A stretch of DNA of 64,000 nucleotides from positions 448,001 to 512,000 of the forward strand of contig OY969554.1 in assembly GCA_963700985.1 (NCBI GenBank), written 5' to 3'. Below, piece after piece: positions 28,907 to 39,249 of this stretch. This DNA is from an uncultured Chlamydiales bacterium. Its GTDB lineage: Bacteria > Chlamydiota > Chlamydiia > Chlamydiales > Rhabdochlamydiaceae. Each line of letters begins with the position of its first letter. The first letter of the stretch is position 1. The notes below the pieces were generated by a model. That model made no database searches. It worked only from the letters and a program-made list of their open reading frames with translations, and was not told where the DNA came from. A program made the position numbers and the translations under genes.

Positions 28907-29521
28907 CTATTTTACATCGACTTTTTTTCTGAGAACATCCCAAGCTGAATCGATCGCCTCTTGTGTCTTTACATCGTAAAGCGTGATGGTCATTCTCCAA
29001 TCTTCGATATCGAATTTCTTCTGCTGCGTAATCGCTTTTGTCAGACGGATTTTTGCAAGAAATTCTGGGCAAGCACAGCTATTTGCAGGAATACGCGAAG
29101 AATTATCATACTTTTCACTAGCTTGTACGGTTTCCATTAAAGCATCGAGCTCTTTGCGATCTTGAGCATCGCCTACCACAATGCTAACACGCCCATCATC
29201 TACGGCTATGCCTTCGATAATATCACGAATCATATCTGTGGAGATAAAGCAGTCTGTGCGGTTATCGACCTGAGTGATGGTAATGCGCGGTTTGCCATTG
29301 GCGTTAAAATCATAGCCAGTTCGTCCATACCAGCGATCGAGCAGCTGCCGGGTAATATTGGTTGTCTGGATGCGAATATCATTTGCGCCATATTTCCAGT
29401 CGAGCTGGGTCTCTTTGGCGTTGCCGGGTGTAATGTCTTGAGCTAAGCGGATATCTCTTCCACAAGATGTGAGAAGTAGCGTAGCCCCTGCAATTGTCAA
29501 AAATGCAACTCTGTTTTTCAT
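28907..29521 (-). CDS. LpoB-like lipoprotein (penicillin-binding protein activator LpoB family)
   Basis: Lipobox LLLTSC; KPRI...VDNRT...ISTDMI; C-terminal MTITLYDVKTQE...W. Confidence 0.6.
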   Translation of the reverse strand: MKNRVAFLTIAGATLLLTSCGRDIRLAQDITPGNAKETQLDWKYGANDIRIQTTNITRQLLDRWYGRTGYDFNANGKPRITITQVDNRTDCFISTDMIRDIIEGIAVDDGRVSIVVGDAQDRKELDALMETVQASEKYDNSSRIPANSCACPEFLAKIRLTKAITQQKKFDIEDWRMTITLYDVKTQEAIDSAWDVLRKKVDVK

Positions 29522-30795
29522 AAAGTTTCCTCCGAATTTTTTTTAGGGATTTGTATGACCATCTGATGGGGATGGATGGTAAATAGATTGATAATGCACA
29601 GCTCATTTGGGCTGAGATTTATTTGGCACTCTTTTGTCTGAACAGCGCCATGAGAGCGGCTTTCAAAAGTCAGCGTATGCTTGCCCGGTTCGAGTTCTAA
29701 GCGCGCGAGGTCGATTCGCGCAGGGAGTGTCGACCAACTACGGATGTCGGCTTCGGTAAGTAAATTGGCGCCCAAAAGTGCGAGGTCGGCAAAAATACCA
29801 GCAGTCTGATTTTCTTTTTGGACCACACCTAAAAAGGCGCGGCGGATGAGCAGTCTTGCGGCACTATGCGCGGCAATTTTAGGCAGCTCTTTCTCCAGCG
29901 TTTGATGGGCCGCATCACTTACATCCATCCAGGGTTGCAGATGAGCGCTTTGAGCATTGGCGAATTTAATGCTTGTAGAGGAGCAGCCGGACGCAGAGTC
30001 AGCAAATGCTGGAATGGGAATGCCAGCCAGCGAAGAGAGGGCAGGGGGGATATCATAGATCGCTAGCAGCTGCTCCAGAATCGCAAGCGATACGACGCTC
30101 ACTGGCGCGATGGTCGAGATTTTGTGCGGAGCCAGACCTGTATGAGACAGTACAATTACCGTAGCTTTTTTCTGGCTATGCTCAGCTAGAGGTTCTCTTC
30201 GCTCTTTAGCTACCTCTTTGTAAAGGATCTCTGCGTTACTGAGATCGCCTTCTTTTTCAAGCACAGCCGCCAAAAGATATTTGGCGATTAGATTGGTGCT
30301 GCCTGCAGCTTCTTTGCCCTCTTCGATGCGCAGCTGGGCTTGATTTTGCGCTTGCAAGAGCAGGGCGCGTGCATTGCCGAGATCGCCCTCTTGAAAGAGA
30401 GCCAGGGCAAGGTAAAGGCGTGCCAGCTGATGTTCGTAGTGTGGCCCCACGTATGCCGACTGTCCATCTTCGAGAAGTGTTTTAGTGAGCTGCTCTTGCA
30501 ATGTAGGTTGGCTGTAATAATCGATGGCATCTAGAGCGATGTTGTAGTCTTGAATGGCGGCCGGTAGCTTGCCTGTCCAGGCATGCAGCATCGCACGATC
30601 TAGATACATCCACACAGCTTCTCGACAAGAGAGAAATTTTCCAGTGGGCATCTTCTTTTGGATGGCTTTATCGATGCTCTCTTCTGCTCGAACGAAATCG
30701 CCCTTTTGGACAGAGGAGATCACCGCATCTTGCGTGCGTCCAGCGTAGTTACAGCCAGAAAAAAGAAGTGCGAAAACTAGAAGTAAAGCAATCAT
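29518..30795 (-). CDS. COG3014-like TPR lipoprotein
   Basis: Lipobox LFSGC; Y.G..YE...Y.AL; ADIRSWSTLP..I..ARL.L.PG.H; usual partner of LpoB-like genes. Confidence 0.7.
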   Translation of the reverse strand: MIALLLVFALLFSGCNYAGRTQDAVISSVQKGDFVRAEESIDKAIQKKMPTGKFLSCREAVWMYLDRAMLHAWTGKLPAAIQDYNIALDAIDYYSQPTLQEQLTKTLLEDGQSAYVGPHYEHQLARLYLALALFQEGDLGNARALLLQAQNQAQLRIEEGKEAAGSTNLIAKYLLAAVLEKEGDLSNAEILYKEVAKERREPLAEHSQKKATVIVLSHTGLAPHKISTIAPVSVVSLAILEQLLAIYDIPPALSSLAGIPIPAFADSASGCSSTSIKFANAQSAHLQPWMDVSDAAHQTLEKELPKIAAHSAARLLIRRAFLGVVQKENQTAGIFADLALLGANLLTEADIRSWSTLPARIDLARLELEPGKHTLTFESRSHGAVQTKECQINLSPNELCIINLFTIHPHQMVIQIPKKNSEETL

Positions 30796-30855
30796 AACGC
30801 AAAAATGATCGCTCTACACTAGGATTATTGTAAATCAAGAGCCTAATCCAAAAAC

Positions 30856-30975
30856 AAACTTGATGATTAGGCTATAACAGGATGTGCAGGATAAGGGCAG
30901 GATAGATAGGATAAATAATCCTATTCATCTTCATCCTATCGCGTCGCGATCATGCGTATCCTGTGCATGCTTTAA
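30856..30975. repeat. CAGGAT repeat family 1 copy
   Basis: Very similar to 28788-28901. Confidence 0.8.
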
Positions 30976-30988
30976 GATTTAAGCAGTC

Positions 30989-31453
30989 TTAGGTTTCGTT
31001 GGGTTCGTAGACGGGATGGATGGTAAAGCCTGCATCGCGCACGGCAAAGATCACTTCGGCAATGGGTGCCCACTCTGCGTGTTTATCGATATGCAATAAA
31101 ACTTTTGTTTTGTTTTTTTCTTTTGGAAGCAAACCGAGTTCGATTTGTTGCAAGAGCTCTTGTTGAATGGCGGGGATGCCTTCCATTAGAAACTCGCTAT
31201 CTTCGGTTAGCCACTTGTATCTGCCTTCGCCGGTCACAGAGAGATTTATGGTATAAAACTCATTCTGTCCGGGGAGTGGCGATTGCCTGTCTGGCGCGCG
31301 CACTTTAACTAAGCTCACTTCGCTGTCATAAAGCGCAGCGCGTGTCACAGCAAGTGCGGCAAAAACAGCTAGCACGAGGAATAGAAAATCGACCATCGGC
31401 GCTAAGTTAAGGCTCGAATGACGGCGGAGTTCTTCTTCAGGAATCATACTCAT
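30989..31453 (-). CDS. exbD: Biopolymer transporter ExbD/TolR
   Basis: LNLAPMVDFLFLVL transmembrane motif; VLLHIDK..W..I..V. Confidence 0.88.
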   Translation of the reverse strand: MSMIPEEELRRHSSLNLAPMVDFLFLVLAVFAALAVTRAALYDSEVSLVKVRAPDRQSPLPGQNEFYTINLSVTGEGRYKWLTEDSEFLMEGIPAIQQELLQQIELGLLPKEKNKTKVLLHIDKHAEWAPIAEVIFAVRDAGFTIHPVYEPNET

Positions 31454-31461
31454 GTTTATGC

Positions 31462-32565
31462 CTATTTTTCTGAAGAGAACGTAGTTTTAGGATCCATAAT
31501 TATAGCCAGAGCTTGTGCTTCATCCTCCACAAAGGTCAGCACACGCACCAGGCGGTATTTTGCCAGCGAGTGCAGCATCATCGCAATGATGGCAACCACC
31601 AGGCCAGCTACAGTTGTGCCCACGGAAATTCCCAGGCCATCAAAAAGTGTATTCACACTTTCAGTTGAACGATTGAGATCATAAAATGCATAGAACATGC
31701 CCAGAACGGTTCCTAGGAGACCTAGCATAGGTGCTACGATGGCAATGTCATTAAGCAGGGAGATTCTTTGCCAAAAGCCAACAGTCGCACGTTTGCCTTC
31801 AGTTTTCATCGTTTCAACCATGTGAGCCAGACCAAGCTTTCGCACAGAGATGGCAGCAGATAAGACGCGTCCAAATAGCTGCTCATTTTTAAGGCAAAGG
31901 GCAAGAGCTTCGTCAAATTGGTTGCTCAGAAGCTTTTGTCTGACTTTGCGCACAAAACTATCCGATGTGCCACGTAGGCTGATCCAGTTGTATAAGCAGA
32001 TAAAAAAGGCCAAAACAGAAAGGGAGAGCAATAGAGAGTAGATCACAGGAGATCCAGCAAACACTTGCCCTAAGTTGATCTGCAAAGTGTCCGTAGTTTT
32101 ATCGGCTGGAACCACCGCACGTTTCCCAGATGCATTGATCGAAGCAACTGTGCTTTTTTGAGACTTTTCTTCGATTTTTCGCGCAGCGTGTGCATCAATG
32201 AGTTCTTTCTTTCTTACTTGAGCGATAGCAGGTTTATCGAATACTTCTTCTCGTTCCAGATCAGAAATTTCGAAGGAATCTTCTTCTTCTAATGAAGAGG
32301 AGAGCGCGCCAGCTTCTTCAGCTTGAGCTAGCTCCACTTGCGAAGAATGCTTTAGTTCTGGTTCCAATAGATCGCCGCCTACGTCCAGAAAATCTGGATC
32401 GAAGCTTAGAAGGTCTCCCACATCAATGGTATCCTCCTCGAATATGATCGGCTCATCTTTGTTTAAAGAGATAAGTTGGAAAGGGGAGGCTTCAGCATCT
32501 TCAGCTGAAACCATGGATGAAGAGGCAATCAACATGCCTAGGAAGAACAGGGAAAGGTGTCTCAT
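31462..32565 (-). CDS. exbB: MotA/TolQ/ExbB proton channel protein with acidic N-terminal extension
   Basis: APMLGLLGTVLGM, GISVGTTVAGLVVAI. Confidence 0.88.
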   Translation of the reverse strand: MRHLSLFFLGMLIASSSMVSAEDAEASPFQLISLNKDEPIIFEEDTIDVGDLLSFDPDFLDVGGDLLEPELKHSSQVELAQAEEAGALSSSLEEEDSFEISDLEREEVFDKPAIAQVRKKELIDAHAARKIEEKSQKSTVASINASGKRAVVPADKTTDTLQINLGQVFAGSPVIYSLLLSLSVLAFFICLYNWISLRGTSDSFVRKVRQKLLSNQFDEALALCLKNEQLFGRVLSAAISVRKLGLAHMVETMKTEGKRATVGFWQRISLLNDIAIVAPMLGLLGTVLGMFYAFYDLNRSTESVNTLFDGLGISVGTTVAGLVVAIIAMMLHSLAKYRLVRVLTFVEDEAQALAIIMDPKTTFSSEK

Positions 32566-32680
32566 TGCTGTCCTATTGGTTCGAAAAATTAAATCTTTAA
32601 CATATCAACGGCGTGGGAATTGATCAAGAAAAAGAGGAAAAAGCAAATTAATTTGGACACAGTTCCCTCGAAGAAGTAAA

Positions 32681-33373
32681 ATGTTCAGCATGCTAAAAAA
32701 GACCGATCTTAAATATCCATTTTGCTGGGAAGAGCGCAAACCCGTTATTCATGAGCGCGTGCTTTTTATACCCAAATTTTATACCGAACATAGCGGATGG
32801 GATTTTCCAAAATGGGAAGATCCTCAGCTTTTTGGAAAAACTGGAAAGGTTTTTATCGAGTTTTGTAGTGGCAATGGTGCCTGGGTTGCGCACAAAGCCC
32901 AAACGCAAGCTGAAGATCTCTGGCTTGCCGTGGAACAAAAATTTGAACGCGTACGTAAAATCTGGGTTAAGCTGCAACGACAAGCTTTATCGAATCTCTT
33001 TGTGATCTGCGGAGAGGCGCGCACATTTGCTACGCACTATCTTCCTGCAAGCAGCGTAGATGGTGTGTTCATTAATTTTCCTGATCCTTGGCCCAAAGCC
33101 AAACACGCCAAAAATCGCCTCATTCAAGCGCCATTTGTGGACGAGCTTGCCCGTGTGCTTAAAATTGGCGGTGAAGCTGTGTTTGCAACCGACGATTTTC
33201 CATATGCCACACAGATTATCCAAGAAATGCGTCAAAACCCCGCATTTGCGGCGCATTTTCCCGAACCCTACTTCGTCACCGAGTGGCCCGATTACGGCAA
33301 CTCCTATTTTGATTCACTTTGGCGTGGCAAGGGCAGAACCATCCACTACATCGTATTTAAGAGGAAGGCGTGA
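32681..33373 (+). CDS. trmB: tRNA (guanine-N7)-methyltransferase
   Basis: EFCSGNG, AVE, FINFPDPWPKAKH..NRL, ATD. Confidence 0.93.
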   Translation: MFSMLKKTDLKYPFCWEERKPVIHERVLFIPKFYTEHSGWDFPKWEDPQLFGKTGKVFIEFCSGNGAWVAHKAQTQAEDLWLAVEQKFERVRKIWVKLQRQALSNLFVICGEARTFATHYLPASSVDGVFINFPDPWPKAKHAKNRLIQAPFVDELARVLKIGGEAVFATDDFPYATQIIQEMRQNPAFAAHFPEPYFVTEWPDYGNSYFDSLWRGKGRTIHYIVFKRKA

Positions 33374-34389
33374 TGCAAGGCCCTGGGCACCTCATGGAAA
33401 GCTCGCAGCACGTAATTGAGGGCTCACAGCACGGGTTCACTCGAAACGCTGAACTTTTTTTGCCTCGTATTCAAGAAATAGAAAGGGATTATGACCCCGT
33501 TGTTGATAACGCCGTTTTGATCAAACTTCCTGCGGCCTTGAATGCAGATCTAAAATGGGATGAAGAGAAAGCGCGCGCGCTGCAATTTGTGCAAAAAGGT
33601 GCGCTGCTTTTCTGGCAGATCGATCTAGGCCTTGAATCATCGCCCTTAAATTTAAAAGATCCCGCGCATTTTTTTTCGTATGGCATAGCACTCGAGCAGT
33701 TCTCGAGGGAGATATGGCCAGCTTTTAAAGATCAGACGCTCGGCATCTCTCTTTACCGCGGAATATATGACATTTTAGAGAGGCTGATCTGGGATGCAAG
33801 CGTTGAAGAGCACTACCAAGAATACGCAGCGGATTTTGATTTTTCAATTCACGAGGAGACTAAAAAACAGTTTTTCTCGGCAAATCTCTTTGCTGAATTC
33901 TTGCATCGCTTAGTCTCATATCTTCCAGCTGAGAGCGCACCATTCTGTCTTTTTGATATTCAAAGTTTTACCAACCCAGCCCTTACTGCTTGTCTCTTTT
34001 CGCGCGCAAGGTTCGAGTATCTGCACCTTGCCCTCAAAGGCGCAACCTTGCCATTTCGAGGCTTAGCCTGGGAAAATGGCAGCTCCTTCGGAGGCTTCAT
34101 CGGAAAGGGGAGAGCAGCCCCTATCTTAACCTCTGAGATACTCCACGGCGTGGTTCTACCTCAGGATCCCTTCTGCACGCCACAAACACTCACTCAGTTA
34201 AATAAAGCCTTTACTGATCTGCAAGCAAAGCAAACTCCCTTCCGCATGGTGCCAGAAGCCCTCTTGATTGAAGAATGGGATGGCCTAGACACTCTTTTAG
34301 TTATTCCTCAAGCAGTTAGCCCCTCCGGCAAGCGCATGCTCCAAGGCTTCCGTGCTGCTGGTGGCGATGTGTGCGAATCAAAATTTTAA
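33373..34389 (+). CDS. Hypothetical protein, translationally coupled to trmB
   Basis: 338-aa ORF with TGATG overlap; C-terminal WDGLD...R.LQGF.AAGG. Confidence 0.65.
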   Translation: MQGPGHLMESSQHVIEGSQHGFTRNAELFLPRIQEIERDYDPVVDNAVLIKLPAALNADLKWDEEKARALQFVQKGALLFWQIDLGLESSPLNLKDPAHFFSYGIALEQFSREIWPAFKDQTLGISLYRGIYDILERLIWDASVEEHYQEYAADFDFSIHEETKKQFFSANLFAEFLHRLVSYLPAESAPFCLFDIQSFTNPALTACLFSRARFEYLHLALKGATLPFRGLAWENGSSFGGFIGKGRAAPILTSEILHGVVLPQDPFCTPQTLTQLNKAFTDLQAKQTPFRMVPEALLIEEWDGLDTLLVIPQAVSPSGKRMLQGFRAAGGDVCESKF

Positions 34390-34480
34390 TCGCTTAAATT
34401 CTCTAATTCTTTGGGGGATTAACCCCTCGTTTTTATTCCTAAACACTGTTAAAATTTTTGGAAAACATAGAGGAAATATC

Positions 34481-36274
34481 ATGGCAATTGCACCTTTGAG
34501 ACCCGTTGCCGGCTGTACACGATTGCTAGATATGTCTCCGAGTCCGATTACGCAATTATTTTCAGATTTTCTAGGCACGGAAGTAGCTCAGGTTAGCAAG
34601 GCTTTTCGCAGGAATGTCCAGGATGCGATGATCCACGTGGCTTTGCAGATCAAAATGACAGACCGAGATTCTGTTCGGTTTTTGCAAGGACTTGATATTC
34701 CACGACCTCTTCCCGCAAAAACTATCGAACAGCTTCAGCAAGAGATCTCAGGGAAGGTAATAAACTCGCCGATGATTACTGGCGTTCTTAAAGCAGAGCA
34801 GATAGACGATCTACACACCAGATGGTGGAGGGCTTCAGAGCTTTTAAAATCTCTTACTCCAGAAGAAGTTGAAAAAACACGCCCACTTTGGGAGAGCGGT
34901 CTGCATGCTACTTTAGAGCGTTTAAATGATTGCGAAGAGCACTTTCAACGCTTAACAAGAGCTGATGAGCTTCCATATTTGGCAGCTCTAAGAGACATTC
35001 CAGATCGTAGAAGTATAGGGCTTCGCCTATTCGTAGAAGATTATCCTTCGCTCAGAGAGATTTGCATACGCGTAAGTATGATGCGTCGCTTCAATAAAGC
35101 CGTACGTGAGCAGCAGCTTGACTACACAAATAGGCAGCAGATTGTGCGCTGCTTTAAAGCTATGCATGCCAGTCAAAGTTCATCTGCGGATTTTTGTGCA
35201 GCCGGGCAGGCGCGCTTTGCCCAAGCGCTCACGCATCAGCAAACAAGAGCTCTAGCTTTAGAGGAGCAGGGACCGCTGGAAGCACAAGAGACGTTTTTCT
35301 CGTTTACACGATTTGGAAGGCTAGAAACTGCAATTTGGGATAGCGAGATGCGTGAAAAGGGCAAACATCTTCATGCGTTTTGGGCGCAGTTTATTAATAA
35401 TGGTGTTTTGGTTGGTGGATTAAACCCGCCACGAACCGCGTATGAAAAGAGCTTGTGGTTAAGAGATGTAAGTAATGCGCCAGCAATTGCTCATTACCAA
35501 TATTTATATTGTCGTGACTTGCAGGCTATTCCAGACGAGATCCAAGCTTTAAAAATTCGCTATTTAAGAATTGAGGGGGGTGAAGATTCTTGTTTATCTA
35601 CATTACCCGAAGTTTTTGGTGAGTAGTCTGAGCTAGTTACTCTTAAATTAATTGGGCATAATTTTCGAGTGGTTCCACGTGCACTTGCCGGATTAGGCCG
35701 TTTAGATACATTTGTCCTACGAACAAATAGGCAGGCACTTAAGATATTTCCAGAAGATCTTGCGCGCAGGCAGTATGTAGGCTTTATGGAGCTTGTGCAT
35801 GAGTTCGAACATGAAATAGCAGGGTATAATCCTCATGGTGTTCCCTGGGACGCGGACGCAGTTCGTCACTTTGCTTGGCTGCCGCGTGCCACTCTCACCG
35901 ATATTCCATTTTTTCTCTGGTTTCGCGAAAATTTTTCGATTCCCTATCTTCCAGTTTTAAAGTACCGCTCTTGGCTTTTTCCTTTGATGGATGCAATTTA
36001 TTTTCGTCCTTGGCTGGCGATAGAACGCTTTGTAGATGAATTATTTTTGTGCTTGGGGATATATCATAACCCAGGATGTTGCGGGGAGATATTTCGTGGG
36101 ATTTTGCTGGGGATTTTAATGGCTCCACTTTTCATTATTCCAGGGATTTTGATGCTTCTTAATTTGCCGATCTTTCTCTACAACCTATTTATCAATCTCG
36201 CAATCGAGCCGATTGTGACTTTTGTGCGCGAAAATCTATTGGGCTACAGCCCAATGGTGCACATACGTGACTAA
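34481..36274 (+). pseudogene. F-box-like/LRR membrane-anchored protein interrupted by an in-frame TAG at 35624-35626
   Basis: ATG at 34481 after AGAGG; both ORFs are in the same frame; read-through gives LPEVFGE*SELVTLKLIGHNFRVVP, an intact LRR; hydrophobic C-terminus. Confidence 0.7.
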
Positions 36275-36317
36275 TTCGTGTGACTAATTTGATGTTTGAA
36301 GTGGGAAAGAAAAGGAA

Positions 36318-36392
36318 TCGGAGCAGAGGGATTTGAACCCCCGACCCACTGCTCCCAAAGCAGTTGCGCTAGCCAAACTGCGCTATGCTCCG
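36318..36392 (-). tRNA. tRNA-Pro (TGG)
   Basis: Reverse complement CGGAGCATAGCGCAGTTTGGCTAGCGCAACTGCTTTGGGAGCAGTGGGTCGGGGGTTCAAATCCCTCTGCTCCGA. Confidence 0.95.
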
Positions 36393-36607
36393 ATTCAGGG
36401 CCAAAGTTTATCTCTAGAAATGCTTTTATGACAAGCCTGATCACACCTTAGTTTAATCTTTTATCTATTAGGGCTGTCCATTTAGTCCATTTCATGTGCA
36501 TTCTTCTTCTTTGTCCATTATCGTCCATTAAGCCTGTCCATATCAAAAAATCTTGTCGTACATGGATTTTTATGCCATGTTGTGGGAAAGAATTTGGAGG
36601 TTTTTAT

Positions 36608-38194
36608 ATGCCAGCATTCGGACAGCTGAAGGCAGTTAAAGAGTTAACTGAGCTTTCAAAAAATCCCTTGGATCTCACTAAAGAGGGAGTTTTAACACCT
36701 AAAAGAGTTGATGCCATGCTGGCAGAGTCGCTTGGTTTCAAACTTTTTTATGCCACAGAACGTGTGGATGAAAAGGTGCTTTCGGCGCTGTTTCATCTGG
36801 CTGAGGAGACACAAGTTGTCAAAAAGATGAACGAGATGCAAGCGGGTGAAGTGGTGAATTTCATTCAGGGTGTAGAGAGTGAAAACCGTCCGGCACTGCA
36901 TACTGCTATGCGCGACTTTTTTGAAAATCGCAATAGTGCCCCGGCTGCTGTGCAAGCCACTAAACTCGCTTATGATGAACTGCAAAAACTCAAAGCATTT
37001 TTAGAAGAGATCGAACGAAAAGAAGAGTTCACCGACCTCATTCAAATCGGCATTGGCGGATCAGAACTTGGCCCCAAAGCGATCTTTGTGGCATTAGAAG
37101 CATTTAAAAAACCAGGCCGCAGAGTGCATTTTCTTTCAAACGTGGATCCTGATGAAGGCGCGGCGATCTTTCGCGATGTCGATCTAAACAAGACCCTAGT
37201 GGTTGTCGTCTCTAAATCCGGTTCTACACTTGAGACGATGACCAATGAAGCGTATGTGCGCGAGCGTTTTAAAAAAGAGGGGATTGACCCTAAAGAGCGC
37301 GTGCTAGCCGTAACGGGCAAAGGAAGCCCGATGGATAACCCTGCTGAATATCGCGCTTCTTTTTATATCTGGGACTACATCGGCGGTCGCTATTCGGTAA
37401 CTTCAATGGTTGGCGCTGTGGCTCTAGCTTTTGCGCTTGGTATGGATCGTTTCCTGGAGTTTTTACGTGGCGCAAATGCCATGGATAAAGCTGCCTTGCA
37501 AAAAGATCCTAAAAAAAATCTGCCGCTTCTTTCTGCTCTCTTAGGACTCTGGAATCGTAACTTCTTAAGTCATCCAACAACAGCCATTATTCCTTATTCA
37601 CATGCGCTTGCACGTTTTCCCGCGCATTTGCAACAGCTTGATATGGAATCAAATGGCAAACGCATCGATAAGAAAGGCCATGATGTCGAATTTGAAACAG
37701 GGCCGATCATCTGGGGAGAGCCTGGAACCAACGGGCAGCACTCATTTTATCAACTCATCCACCAAGGCACAACTGTTGTGCCTGTAGAGTTTATTGGATT
37801 CGTTACTACGCAATTTGGCGAAGACATTTTATATAAAGAGACCTATTGCCAAGAGAAGCTGCTCTCTAACTTATTTGCGCAAAGTGTCGCACTTGCCAAA
37901 GGTCAGAAAAATGCTAATCCGAATAAAGTGTTCCCCGGTAATCGCCCCACACGTCTTTTGCTAGCCCAACGCCTTGATCCCTACACTTTGGGTGCTCTTT
38001 TAGCTTTTTACGAGCATAAAGTGGTCTTTCAAGGGTTTATGTGGAATATTAACTCTTTCGATCAAGAAGGTGTGCAGCTAGGCAAAGTGCTGGCTTTAAA
38101 GTTCATCGAACAGTTTGCAGCTAAACGCCGCGGTGAAGAGCTTAAGAATTTTCCGCTAGGAGAGGCTTTTTTGCGACACCTTGGTCAATCATAA
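36608..38194 (+). CDS. pgi: Glucose-6-phosphate isomerase
   Basis: ENRPALH, IGIGGSELG, SKSGST.ET, GGRYS, QQLDMESNGK, GTNGQHSFYQLIHQG, FDQEGVQLGK; ATG at 36608 follows GGAGG. Confidence 0.97.
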   Translation: MPAFGQLKAVKELTELSKNPLDLTKEGVLTPKRVDAMLAESLGFKLFYATERVDEKVLSALFHLAEETQVVKKMNEMQAGEVVNFIQGVESENRPALHTAMRDFFENRNSAPAAVQATKLAYDELQKLKAFLEEIERKEEFTDLIQIGIGGSELGPKAIFVALEAFKKPGRRVHFLSNVDPDEGAAIFRDVDLNKTLVVVVSKSGSTLETMTNEAYVRERFKKEGIDPKERVLAVTGKGSPMDNPAEYRASFYIWDYIGGRYSVTSMVGAVALAFALGMDRFLEFLRGANAMDKAALQKDPKKNLPLLSALLGLWNRNFLSHPTTAIIPYSHALARFPAHLQQLDMESNGKRIDKKGHDVEFETGPIIWGEPGTNGQHSFYQLIHQGTTVVPVEFIGFVTTQFGEDILYKETYCQEKLLSNLFAQSVALAKGQKNANPNKVFPGNRPTRLLLAQRLDPYTLGALLAFYEHKVVFQGFMWNINSFDQEGVQLGKVLALKFIEQFAAKRRGEELKNFPLGEAFLRHLGQS

Positions 38195-39242
38195 AGGTTG
38201 CATTGCATAAAAAGGTGGCATCTACTGGATTTGGCGTAGTGAGAAAAACCTGGCCTAAACCCTGGATGCTCTGTTGCACCAGCGCATAACGTTTGGCGTC
38301 GAGGTGAATGCCAAAATCATCTATGCCGAGCAGGGGAGTATAGCCTGTAATCGCTTTCAAGCTCCTCCACTCAGCTAATCTAAGCGCTGTTACGGCGCCT
38401 CTTTTCTGACCTTCGCTTGCAAAATTTTTAGCTTCTTTTCCGTTGATGAATATAGCTAGGTCATCGCGATGTGGTCCTTGCAAGGTCATGCCGCAGGCAA
38501 GCTCGCGCCTACGGTTTTTACGCAGCTCTGCAAAAATTGCCTCTGGTGTATGTGGACATTCGGGTGGAAGTGTTGGCAGATACTTTAGATCGAGCGTATC
38601 GTCTCCATCTGTCAATTGCTGTAAACTTTCTTGGGCAATCGGTAAAAGTTTAATCAGCGACTCTTGGCGTTTTTTAAGCAGATACGTAGCTGAAAGAGCT
38701 AGCACTTTCTCCCAAGCTTCGAGACTCTCTTCACTCTTTTGCTTAAGCAAAATATTGCGCTGCTTGACAGCTTTTAAATAGCGGCTCAGATGATGAACAT
38801 AAAGCGGATCGCTTTGCGCAAGGTGTAAGTCTAAAAATCTACGTCGATCAGATGGCGCACCGCTCACTAAAGCAAGATCTTGCGGAGCGATAAGCACAAT
38901 GGGCAGCAAGCCGAGCAGGCTGGAAAAAGAAGAGAAAGCCGTGTCGTTGTGATAGAGCTTGCGCGTCTGGCCATCAAAAGAAGCTTTTAGAGTTCCCGAG
39001 ATGCCATCCTTTACGTATTGCGCTTCGACATGAAAGAAGGGCTTTGCATAAGGGATAAAGTCATTAAAGTGCGTGGTGCGAAAAGATCTGCCCGTGCATA
39101 GAAAATAGAGCGCTTCTAGCAGATTCGTTTTTCCCTGTGCGTTCTCTCCGCGAATGAGGTTAACTTCAGGGCTAAAAGTGAGCGTGGCATTCTCGTAGTT
39201 GCGAAAATGCCACAGAACGATCTTCTCGATGTGCATGGACAT
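38142..39242 (-). CDS. recF: DNA replication/repair protein RecF
   Basis: FRNY, GENAQGKTNLLEA, RRRFLD, GPHRDD, SEGQ, DD...LD; start taken at MSMHIEK. Confidence 0.95.
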   Translation of the reverse strand: MSMHIEKIVLWHFRNYENATLTFSPEVNLIRGENAQGKTNLLEALYFLCTGRSFRTTHFNDFIPYAKPFFHVEAQYVKDGISGTLKASFDGQTRKLYHNDTAFSSFSSLLGLLPIVLIAPQDLALVSGAPSDRRRFLDLHLAQSDPLYVHHLSRYLKAVKQRNILLKQKSEESLEAWEKVLALSATYLLKKRQESLIKLLPIAQESLQQLTDGDDTLDLKYLPTLPPECPHTPEAIFAELRKNRRRELACGMTLQGPHRDDLAIFINGKEAKNFASEGQKRGAVTALRLAEWRSLKAITGYTPLLGIDDFGIHLDAKRYALVQQSIQGLGQVFLTTPNPVDATFLCNATFMIDQGVAKKPLLAENS

Positions 39243-39249
39243 TAGACCT

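Noticed and set aside
36494-36607. Extended N-termini from the ORF track (pgi 36494, 34352, recF 39278, 24858)
   Set aside because: Downstream ATGs have better RBS or homology; 24858 is the frameshifted continuation of B2, not a separate start
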